Below, in pieces: positions 50,728-61,178 of a stretch of 64,000 bases of DNA. The DNA is from Vicugna vicugna (Eukaryota). The notes beneath the pieces were generated by a model. That model searched no databases and was not told where the DNA came from. It saw only the letters and a program-made list of their open reading frames with translations. How positions within the stretch are numbered: the stretch's first letter is position 1; each line of letters begins with the position of its first letter. The translations under genes were made by a program, and so were the position numbers. Where the stretch lies: contig MU061579.1 in assembly GCA_013265495.1 (NCBI GenBank), forward strand, positions 2,539,319 to 2,603,318, in the 5' to 3' direction.

Positions 50728-51329
50728 TGTCCCAGGTCTCAACTAAGTCCCTGGTACACGATCCACCAAGTGTGGGCCCTTGGTTTTGTGCAGGAAAGGA
50801 TTTCAAGAGCGAGCCACAGCTGAGTAAAGGTAGGTTTATTTAGAGAGATACATACTCTAGAGACAGATACATACTCTAGAGACAGAGTGCAGGTTGTTTC
50901 AGAAGGCAAGATAAAGGCCATGAGGTATGGGGTTAAGAACTCAATTTAAAGTAACAGTACTTACACACACTATAGACAGAGTGCTGTCCGTCTCACTCCG
51001 AAGAGAAAGTAGCCACTAGGTGTGCGGGTTGTTAGTTTTTATGGGCTTGGTAACTTCATATGCTAATAAGTGGGAGGGTTATTCCATCTACCTTGGGGGA
51101 AGGGGCTGGGGATTCCCAGGAACTGGGCCATCACTCACTCTTTGACCTTTTGTGGTCAGCCTTAAAACTGCCCTGGCACCTGTGGGAAGACCATTTAGCA
51201 GCTATTGTATTTCAATGAGTGTATATTGAAGCTCAAGGTCTACTGGGAGTTGAATCTTCCACCATCTTGGTGCTAATTGCTGTGTCATTCTTGTAATGGT
51301 TGTGCCCTGCCCCCTTCCTTCCTGTCTCT
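50728..51329 (-). mobile_element. ERV1-class solo LTR (relatively young) with internal ~20-bp tandem repeat
   Basis: Minus strand starts AGAGACAGGAAGGAAGGGGGCAGGGCACAACC, contains AATAAA (TTTATT at ~50835) and ends GGGACA. CCA(T) flanks both ends. GATACATACTCTAGAGACA is repeated at ~50846-50885. Confidence 0.8.
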
Positions 51330-52021
51330 CCATGAGCCTCCCTTGTGTGGGCAGAGAACCATGGTGAGGACACAGCAGGGTGAAGTTCAGCCACAGAAAC
51401 TAGAGCTGGGATGGAGCCAAATTCCTGTAACAAAGGAGTCTGGCAAAAATCGAACCCTGGTGTTTATTTAATGCAAAATAGTGAGAGCCAGAAAATGCTC
51501 CTTGTGTCTTGTCTTCTCTCATCTCTTATTAAAATAGAGGTGGGTGGGCTGTGGGCAGCAACCGGAATGCTTGGGGGTTCCTTGGGAAAGATAAAAAATC
51601 AAGGGAAAGAACTCATAAGTTACTCTGGAAGATGAGTTCCTAGAGCTGGTGGAGACTTTTGATGCTAATAAAAAACATGTCAAAAAAGCTCATGAGACCT
51701 AGGGCTGTGTTTGGTCCTGCTGAGAACCAAACCACTCTGTTTAACTTGCTTTGCCAGGGGAATGAATGTTGTTCGTAGTGAGCTCACTGGAGAAATAAAC
51801 CACTTTTAACTTTTTTTCAAACTTTCTGTGGCTAAGGATTGTTGCCACCAACCTCTCTGTGAGGCACACAAGCCGACAGAACCTCCCAGCTAGAGCTGTG
51901 CCATCGCTCTTGCAGGCTAGTGCTGCAGAAGTGTCAGAGCAGGCCGGTAGCTGGATCTGAGCTAGATCTGACAAATCTCTAGTGTCCAAATGTAACTTTT
52001 TGCTCATTACGCCCTCATTTG

Positions 52022-52117
52022 ATTGACAAGTGCCACATTTCCCTGTGCTCAATAGTTTCTTTATAAAATTGTCTAATCTTATTAACAGCATCACAGATTC
52101 CTTTCACCAGATAAAAC
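52022..52117 (+). repeat. Unclassified duplicated module, copy 2
   Basis: 70/70 identity to 41514-41583, with a diverged 26-bp extension. Confidence 0.97.
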
Positions 52118-52139
52118 AGATTAGAAGTATCCATCACGC

Positions 52140-52495
52140 ACTGACGCCATGGCTCTTCTGATCCAGACTAAATAAGGACAAACCTGCCCCCTCCCCACCT
52201 TTGGGAAGGTGGAGTTAGAATGAAAATCAGGAAATAGGACCCCAAGCCCTTTCCTCCCCCATGAATCCCTTCCCTCCTCAATGAATATTCTGCCCATCCA
52301 TCTCTACACTCTGTGTAACCAACTTACCTAAGAAACTCAAGGCAGCTGCTCACCTGAGCCTGCCTACTCTCCCCCCGAGACTGTACTATCTATCCTTTAA
52401 TAAATCCCCACTGTACTGTCTCAGCCTTCGTATCTTGTCTCTGAATTCTTTCTTGGACAGGGCGAGAACCTGGACACTGCTCACATCTACCAGCA
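52140..52495 (+). mobile_element. ERV1-class LTR (probably 5'-truncated)
   Basis: ATGAATATTCTGCCC, TTTAATAAATCCCCAC and GTCTCTGAATTCTTTCTTGGACAGGGCGAGAACCTGGAC form a typical ERV1 R/U5. Confidence 0.75.
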
Positions 52496-55400
52496 GCTAA
52501 AGTACATCAGCTTAACTGCCATGTTTAAATGGGATAGTGCCTCTCTTCCGTGACTGCATCTTATGGTTCACATGACAACTCCCTGATGATGCAGGTTTTA
52601 AAACACGTTTGTCAGTGTTTACTAAAGAGACATTTACCGTCAAAGTCTGAATAGAAAGAGTTGTGTTTATTGACCAGGCTTTGAGATGTGATATTGCAGG
52701 TGAAGTGCCCACTTTTTCTGGCTTGCTATAAATGGACTAGGACAGACAAACAGAATGCTGAGTTCTCTCCTTGTGAAAAGTTCTAGGACTCACCCCTTTC
52801 CTCTTCCATCCCACCCGTACTCCCACAAACTGGATTAGTCAGCATTTCCTATCCTCTTGTTCTTCCTTCTGCTTTGACTTCCGATGCTATCAGACTGTAT
52901 TCTTCCTCTGTAGATCCTAAATTCTTTCAGCTTTGGACCTCTGCCTTATTCATCATTGCATTCTCCATATCTGGTGTGTTCACTGTGGATACACAGATGC
53001 TCAGGAAATACTTATTGAGAAAATAAAGGAATGAGCCTCGTGTATATCGAGCCGTGATGACTTTTGCAAATGCACTCAATATTAATTTTCCCCCTCACCT
53101 GCAGAGGTTGCTTTTGTGCAGGTCTCCTCTAAGGACCTTCTAACTGGTTACCTGATACAGGGCTTTATTTCTCTGGTCTCATGGCTTTGATCCTTGCGAT
53201 CTCTATTTAAATGTGTATTCCATTCTGAGATATAATACTTTAAGCTCCTGCTTTTCAAAAATTTTAACAGCAGAGCCCTGCTGCTCTGGCTGAAGTGAAT
53301 GCTACTTGCTCAAAGGACTTAAGTTTACAAAGTCCAGCTGACTCACTGCTTTTTAACAAATTGCCTGTCCTGTTAATATATACACCAATGACCAGGGATG
53401 ATACTTAAAAAGAAGTCTCACAAAAGGATGGGTGAATGGATTCCAGGTTGAGGAGAAGGTCAGGATGGAAGCAGAATTTCAAGCTGAGGTCTGTACTATT
53501 CCTGCTTCTCTTCCCACAGCTCTACACTACCAGGCGAAAAGCCTTCTCAAAGATGAGCAGCCTGGGGTTTCAGAGGAACTCAATAAACTTGTCATATTCC
53601 TTTCGAAGCTTCAAAAACAATGACCAATTTACAACCATAAAGTTTTCCAAAAGTTTATCGGTAACTTAGGGTGCTTAAAATTCAATATGCATTTTGTCTG
53701 GAGGAGTAGTTTATCTGTCTTGGTTAAATTCTTATACCTCTTTATCCTTCTAAATGCCAGAAGTGCAGCGCTGCTCACACAGCACCATAGAATCTCAGCG
53801 TGTGGAAAACAATGGTCACGCTGTCAATGAATCTAGGTCTCTTCCACGCCTCCCACCTTCCCACTCACTCACCATCAGGGAGAGAATGATTCTTGGTGGC
53901 AGTGCTCTGATATCCACAGGGTAGAGGGTAGAGGAGGGTGGGTCTAAGAAAATGAAAGACTTGAATGGGAATGCTGACCAGTGAGGAGTGAACCCTTGAA
54001 AATCAGGAGCTTTGAACTTGTAAAGAAGGAACAGGGAGGAACAGGATCTCTTTCTCCAAATCTTTCTAATTTGGCCAGGTCAGGTGATAGTTTTTATTAT
54101 TTCCTTTTTACTGAAGACCTTGAGAAATTAATAATTTCACTTTTTTTGCTTGTGTTTTGAATAATCACTCATTGTCAGACAAGACTTGCCTCAAATTGGA
54201 GACAATCTCTCTCTGTCTCTCTCTCCTTCTCGCCTTCTCTTTTTCCCTGTCTCCACTTTCTTCTCCCTCTCTTTTCTTTTACATTTTAGGTTGCCCTAGG
54301 TACTTTTTTATTCATAACGTGTGGAGTGCCATTTGTAATTCTGGAGTAAAAAGATAGGGTTTAATAAAGATTTGTCAATACCTATGAAGATAAACATTCA
54401 ATGTGAATTGAATGTACTGAGGAGCCAGAACCACGTTCTTTGGAGGCACCAGGTCTCAGGTGCAGCTGAAGGACAGCAGTGGAAAATTAATGGGGATGCA
54501 GCTTATCTCATTTTCTTACTTTTTCTAGCCTCCGACATCTAGTCCATGCCCATGATTGTGAATGTTTCCTATAAATCCAGAGAAGAGGTAAGACTGGAAG
54601 TTCCGGAAGAGAGTATACATTGGAAGAGAGGAAATATATCACACCAGGCATTGTCTTGTGGAAAGAGTAGGGAAAAATAATAAAAAGGAGGCTATTGGAA
54701 GACAAAAGCAGATTTTCCAGAGGCCATTGGTCATTCTTGGTTGATTATTTGTGTATAATGGACAGTTAAGCCAACTAAGTCAAGGACTGCCTGAATACAT
54801 CCTAAAGGCAGCAATGGCCTACTTCATTAAATGCAACACAATGTGCTTGGACTACTGTGTCAGAATAGAAAAGTAACCGCTAGTCTTATTATCTTAAGCT
54901 GCATATGCCATGACCTGAAAGTCAGTGTGTAACAAGAAATGTTTCCTTAAAGAGTTGAACATAATTTTCTGGAAAATTAACGTAACTAAAATGGATAAAT
55001 TAGCAGCCAAAGGGGGGGGTTACTTCGTTTTTTAAACAATACATATGCTAAAAAGGACAAAATAATTTATATTCATTTTCATGAACTGGATTTATCTGTA
55101 TTAAGATAAGCTTCTTATTTTATTCTGAATCTTTCTCCTAAGCAAAAAATGTCCAGGGATAATGAATGTATAAAAACTGGAGAGGTCAATCTATCTAAAA
55201 ATAGTACAGAATTATCTATAATTTTCTCAATTAAAAGGACATTTATTTGTATATAAATATCTTTCTTGTTGAAAGTCATGTACCATACTTTAAAAAAAGT
55301 AGAAAAATCAGGACAGAGTTTATTTTCACAGCCAGTTTAAATGATAAATGTTCCTGCAAGCTTGAAGCATTCAGTTATAAGCCCAAATCATATTTCTAAT

Positions 55401-56916
55401 TAATTATTTGGCATTTTTGTAAAATGCATTTTTCTCTAGAATATGGTAGTTTGTATAGGAAAATTTTTTTCACAAATATTTTAGCTGCATTTCCCATGAC
55501 TTTTATGCGATGAAGTCAAGTTGTTTGATATATTATTAAAATAAACTCATTAGACTTAACTTTCTGGTAGAATTGGTAGGTCAGCTGCTAGGCACGGGTT
55601 GTTAAATATAAGAAGTGGTATTGTTAGGACTCATATAATAAGAGGCTTGCCAATTTATAAATAAAAAAATTTCCCCTCCTTCAACAAGGTTAAAATAAAA
55701 GATGTAGGAGCAAACATGACATAGTTTACTGTTAGAGAATTCAGGCAGTGTCTTGACAATAACTCTAATTAAAGTTGCCACTGCTTTGACCTGATTAGAC
55801 AGAGAACAATAGTACTTCTACTCTTTGTCTACCTTAGGATGGTAAGCAGTGGATGATATATAATATCTTTTGACAGCCACGTTAATTATAACCTAGCTGA
55901 ATATATTTCTTTAGAGTAGATTTTTTTAAAACAGAAGAAGAGGAAATTGTAGTGAAAGCTGTCGGAATATTTCTGAATATTGCTAATGACTGTATCTAAT
56001 AGCTAAAAAATGTTAATTTTCTTGAGTTTTTTTCCCCTTATTTTTACAATGTGCCTGACATATTTTCCACAGGTCCACAGGAGCATTTGCATAAGAGCAT
56101 CTGAATTACCAAAGTAGGTCAAAGCAATGGTCAATCTTTCCCAATAGTAAAATTTTAAGTTTATTTGCTTCTTCTTGATTTGGCAAAGTAAAAAGAAATG
56201 CCATCCCTCCATAAGTTAATGAGTTTAGAATTTCTCCGTTCTGGCTTTGTCATGACAGTGCCATGTTGGAATAAGTGTATTTTTTAGGCGAAAACATTAG
56301 CAGCTTAACCAGTGAAGAGTAAACACTGATTTCCATTGTAATACCAAACTATGTCACGACTTTGTCATGCTATTTGAAGGAGAATTTTGAGAATTAGTCC
56401 CCCCACCAAGTCCCCAGTTCCAACATATATTTAGCACCATAACTCATTTCAAAAAATAACATTGCTTAGAGTACAGGAATTTTTAAGCAACTGAGTATAT
56501 GCAACACAAATTATGTACATGGCTACATTGATCATGATTTTTCTTTCTAATCAATATTATTTACTGAAGATAATTTGTATGAAACTGTTGGAGCCATCAA
56601 GATTTTCAAGTTTTGAGTAAGTCTAAGCTTTCCAGCCAAAATGAGAGTTGGCAATCATTCTGTCTTTTAATTGTAAAAGCTTTATTTATAACCATTTGAA
56701 ATTTAAGTAAAGTTTCAGTGGTTTTCAATCTCTAATTCTTTTTCATTAATCATCAGGATTAAGTGAGTTGAAGTATATATGTGTGTGTGTATCCCTCTCT
56801 CTTTACTGATTCCCCATAGGTCTGCCTTGACCAGATATCAATTGAATGAATTAAAATTAAAATCAGTGAATATTTGCTCACTAACTGTAGTGTGTATGTT
56901 CCAAGCTTGGTCATGT

Positions 56917-57298
56917 GGTGCAATGGACTGAACTGTGCCCCCCTCTCCAATTCATATGTTGAAATCCTAACTCCTAATATGGCTGTATTTGGAGATAGGG
57001 CTTTTAGGAGGTAATTCCAGTAAATAACATCATAAGAGTGAGATTCCAATTTGGTAAAATCTGTGGCCTTACAAGATGAAGAGATGAACAGGCTTTTCTC
57101 TCTCTCCCTCTCTGTCATGTAAGGACATAGCCTGAAGGTGGCCATCTGCAAACCAGGAAGAGGGCTCTCACCAGAGCCCAACCATGCTGGCACTCTGATC
57201 CCAAATTTCCAGCCTTCAGAACTGTGAAAATTAAATTTCTGTTGTTTCTGCCACCGAATCTGTGGTATTTTGTAACAACAACCCAAGATGATTGATGT
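56917..57298 (+). mobile_element. MLT1A/B-type MaLR solo LTR
   Basis: ATGGACTGAACTGTGCCCCC, AATTCATATGTTGAAATCCTAAC, GCCATCTGCAAACCAGGAAGAGGGCTCTCACCAG and GTGGTATTTTGTAAC. Confidence 0.93.
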
Positions 57299-57459
57299 AT
57301 GTGAGGAATAAGGAAATTGGCCTCTGCTCTCCAGAATTACGCTAAAGAGAGAATTTTACATACAGTTATTTAGAAAATTCTAAATTCTTATAATAATGTG
57401 ATACTTCAGCATTAGCATTTTGTAATTAGGTAATACAGTAGTGATAATAGATATACAAG

Positions 57460-57690
57460 TCCAAATGTAGTTTATGAAGTATTGTAAAGAAAATTTTGGA
57501 CTTGAAGTCGAAATGTTTCTATTTAAACTTTTTCTTTACATCCACCATAAATACAATAAGAAGTTCAAGTTACTTAAATATTTTGAACTTCTTACTACTT
57601 ACCTATGAGATATCGATAATAATTTTTGCTACACTTAATGTCTACTTTAGTGAGGCTTAAGTTCAATGGCATACTGCTTGCAGAATTTAT
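57460..57690 (+). mobile_element. MIR SINE (degraded)
   Basis: TTTGGACTTGAAGTC...CAAGTTACTTAA...CCTATGAGAT...GTGAGGCTTAA. Confidence 0.5.
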
Positions 57691-57709
57691 ATTTTAATTA
57701 TAAGGACCT

Positions 57710-58252
57710 TGTAGTAGGTAGAATTCTAATATGTTCCCAAAGATTTCCCACCCCTGATATAAATGCCCTGCCTAATCCTTAGAACTACGAATATGACTGA
57801 TTATTTGTGTGATTAAATTATGCTAAATGGCAATCTGACTTTAAGAAAGGGAAACTTTCCAAGGAAGTCTAACCTAATCATACGAGCCCTTTAAAAACAG
57901 AGTGTTCTCCAGCTGCTGGTAGAAGAGGAAGTCAGAGATTTGAACTACACAAAGGATCCAATGCTCTGAAGATGGAGGGGTCTGCATAGCAAAAAATCGG
58001 AACCTCAGTCCTACAATCACAAGGAATTGAATTCTGGCAACAGCAAAAGTGAACTTGGGAGCAAATGCTCTCCCAGAGCCTTGAGAAAAGAACTGTCTGG
58101 CCAACATTTTGATTTTAGTCTTGCGATAATCTGAAGAAAGGACCCAGTCATGCCATTCACGACTCTCACTTACAGAACTGTAATGTCATGAGTGGGTATT
58201 ATTTTCAGAGTTTATGGTAACTCATTGTATAGCAATAGAAACCTGATTCAGC
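57710..58252 (+). mobile_element. MLT1E/F-type MaLR solo LTR
   Basis: TGTAGTAGGTAGAATTCTAA, CCTCAGTCCTACAATCACAAGGAATTGAATTCTG and TATAGCAATAGAAACCTGAT. Confidence 0.9.
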
Positions 58253-58884
58253 CCTGTAAAAATAAAAGCACAGCCTTTTATTACTAGAAATACTGTAGTA
58301 TAGCACACTGGTAGTAAACGAGAACATTAATTATAATTATATAATATATAAATTAACTATGTATTATATAATGTCTATTAATAGGGAAATTTGGGAGGGC
58401 TTCATGGTGAAGGTGATGAATATGCCACTTATTTTTAAGTACGGTTTATATTTATCTAGCTGGCTACCTATACTTTATACATGCAAAACCAAATTCCCAG
58501 TGGAGGCAATATTGTGACCATCTTAAAGAGTCAATAAGAATAGGAAGTTTGAGTAACAGAAAAATTATGCTTGAATTGTAGAAGAGAGTAATGCTGATAA
58601 AGACAATTTCTGGCTTAATTTGGGGGAATATACATTAATATGTTTAAGTGCTTGTTAAAAAAATTTGGACTTTATTAGGTAGAAAACTAGAAAGATGGGG
58701 ACAAAAAGGGAAAATATTGTAATAGAATTAACAACATCATCTTGACAATTAGTTATATTAAGTGAGTGGGAATAAGGAACTGATTTGGGGGTATTTATTG
58801 CGTCTGCTCCTGCTCTTGGTCCTTGCGTATTTGGTATACTACGGTGGACATTATAGAAATAGGGATATCAGTTGCAATAGAAGT

Positions 58885-59310
58885 ACATAGTCAGGTAAGG
58901 CTGACAGCTTTAAAAAAAATCACAAAAACTCTCAGTGGTTAAAATGCTAATAAAGTTTATTTCACACTCATACAATCAGACAGTTATAGAATATTGTGGG
59001 TGACTCTATATGCTATAATTCAAGGATAGAAGTTTTTTTTTTTTTAAATCTTGCAGCTGTTTCATCCCCTAGGGTCTTAGAGATGTTTGCTGGATTTTCT
59101 GCATCTAGTTCACGGAGTGACAGTGAGAACTGAAGACTTGGCGGGGGGGAGGAGTTTCTTAATGGTCCAGACCTAGGAGTGGTGTATATTATTTTCACTT
59201 GTATTTTATTGGACAAGATTTAGTCAAATGGCCACACCTCACTGCAAATGAGGCTAGGAAATGCCATCTTGCTGTTTTCAGGAAGAAAAGGAAACAAGTT
59301 TCAGAAAGTA
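58885..59310 (-). mobile_element. Old MaLR LTR (MLT1K-like)
   Basis: CTCAGTGGTTAAA...AAAGTTTATTTCACACTCA...TAGTCAAATGGCCACACCTCACTGCAAATGAGGCTAGGAAATG. Confidence 0.75.
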
Positions 59311-59630
59311 ACTGAAGATTCCACAAAAGAGAAATGTTAATAGAAATGGCAGTTTTATTTTGAAAATGTTGATAATGAATGACCTATTGTAGCATAACTA
59401 GGAGGAGTAAGAAGTTGGAAATATGGTCCAGGAAGTATGGGGATTAAATCATAACTAAATAGCAGGATGGTAGACTCTTCTTTGTCATTGTTCAGTTTGT
59501 TATATTATAATGAGTATTGAAATTTTGTCAGATTTTAAAAAACTATAAAAATATGAAAAAATTAGAAACAAATCTAACAATTTCTGAAAAGGGCAAAAAA
59601 TGTGCTTTTTTCTTCAGATGTTCTTACATT

Positions 59631-59740
59631 TAATAAAAGTTTTAGCTTCACTGAATAACAATTTTAAAGGTTTAGAGATTAAAATTAATGAAAGTTCTAG
59701 CTTCATTGAATAATAATTTTAAAGGTATAGGAATTAAAAT
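59631..59740. repeat. 55-bp tandem duplication (2 copies, 48/55 identical)
   Basis: Units 59631-59685 and 59686-59740 aligned by hand; 7 substitutions, no indels. Confidence 0.92.
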
Positions 59741-59801
59741 CAATCTTTCATATATTTGTTGTACGGTTCAGATCCTCACAGGATAAACAATAATATCAAT
59801 T

Positions 59802-59944
59802 AATTTTTTTTTCTTTTTTTGGAGGAAAGGTAATTAGGTTTATTTATTTACTTATTTTTATTTTAGAGGAGGTACTGGAGATTGAGCCCAGGACCTCATG
59901 CGTACTAAGCATGCACTCTACCACTTGAGCTACACCTCCCCCAC
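59802..59944 (-). mobile_element. Camelid tRNA-Ala-derived SINE (Vic-1 type) with 14-bp TSD
   Basis: Minus strand GGGGGAGGTGTAGCTCAAGTGGTAGAGTGCATGCTTAGTACGCATGAGGTCCTGGGCTCAATCTCCAGTACCTCC plus A-rich tail; TSD CAATAATATCAATT at 59788-59801 and 59945-59958. Confidence 0.93.
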
Positions 59945-60439
59945 CAATAATATCAATTTTGAATGTGGTCTGTCTTATGTAATATTAGGTTTGCAATTGA
60001 GTTTTCTGAGCATTTGATTATAGCTACCACATGTCAAGACATATAATCACCAATTCAAGCAGTTTAGTTAAGCATTCCTAATCAGATCACCAAAAACAGA
60101 TTGAAAACACACAGCACATTGTCTCATACAATGAGAAGACAAAAATTACAAAAGGTGTTGATATTATCTGGAATAGTTGGGAAATAGACTCAATTCTGCA
60201 TATCTAGGATCTGTATAGGTTAGTGGGTTAGTGGGTTAATGGGTAAGGCAGTTGTCTTGAAGCAAAACTCCACATATCCTGAATTTCCTTAATGTTCTTT
60301 TTTTTTTTTTAAACTGGAAGATAGACTTCCCTGAGGGTTCTCTCAGGTGGTAGTATGTGTCTCTCCTACCATCTCTTATGGTCATTTCTGAGTCATTGTT
60401 CCACCATCCTCTTTCCTCTTACCATTAGACTATATTCAC

Positions 60440-60768
60440 AATTTGTATACTCTAGTTGTGATTATCCACACATCATAGTTTCCATGTAACACTTCTCCAC
60501 ATCTCCACTTCTCAGTTCTTTGAAAATTTCGGTGACCAGTACACTGATGCTTCCTCCAACACAGCTATCAAAATATTTGCTGATTTAAATTTTTCATGCA
60601 GATGATCCTCCCATCATTCTAACCTCTCAGTTCTTTGACCACCTCTCCTTTGCTAATCCACAAGTACCTTAGCCACCCACTCCCATGGTCTTAACCCAGA
60701 CCTTGTCATTGCTGGTAACTTCCTCATGCACAACCTCAATTTCAAGCATGCCATTCTTTGATCCTTGC
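60440..60768 (+). mobile_element. L2 ORF (endonuclease region) remnant
   Basis: CCACTCCCATGGTCTTAACCCAGACCTTGTCATTG resembles the L2/CR1 'HGHTLDLVI' motif; pyrimidine-rich L2 composition. Confidence 0.6.
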
Positions 60769-60769
60769 C

Positions 60770-61178
60770 GTTGTAGTTTGGGTTTCATAAGTAAAGACTT
60801 TGAGTTAGAAGTTCGTGTGAAGGGGATTTATTACGGAGTACTCTTGAGATCAATAACTGCAAACGGGAACTTAAGGAAACAGGACTACAGAGGAAATGGT
60901 TGAGTTGTGATACAGTCTTGAGGGAAGATACAGATGCTTCTGCAGGCAGTTATGAAGATGAAATGACCTTTCAGAGTTGTGCGCCAATTTGGGAGTACAG
61001 TCATTGGAAATAGGCTTCCTAAGGCAGGGACATAACCTTTGGTGGGGTGGTCCTCTACAGCTGAGCATATCCCTGAAATGGCTGACAGCTGAAGGCTTCT
61101 TTTGACAACCCTCTCAGAAGCTGAGGTCCTTCATCTTTGAAGGGTGATACAGGTGATACACTACAGCACCCAAAACAA
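60770..61178 (-). mobile_element. ERVL LTR (LTR16-like), 3' LTR of the adjacent internal region
   Basis: AGACTTTGAGTTAGAAGTTCGTGTGAAGGGGATTTATT, GTTGAGTTGTGATACAGT and CCTTTCAGAGTTGTG; directly abuts ERVL pol remnants. Confidence 0.7.

Noticed and set aside
51741..52094. 117-aa minus-strand ORF overlapping copy 2 of the duplicated module
   Set aside because: No recognisable domain; homology with copy 1 covers only the first ~24 codons, and identity at all third positions is not the pattern of coding constraint.
56759..57286. Longest ORF in the track (175 aa, minus strand)
   Set aside because: Antisense reading of an MLT1A LTR; the same pseudo-peptide (WLGSGESPL) appears at 3152-3340.
59865..59944. 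tRNA-Ala gene
   Set aside because: Mutated anticodon arm and B box, with a SINE tail and TSD; it is a SINE.
60218..60248. (GGTTAGTG)n telomere-like / G-quadruplex repeat
   Set aside because: 8-bp unit rather than TTAGGG, only three GGG runs and three copies.
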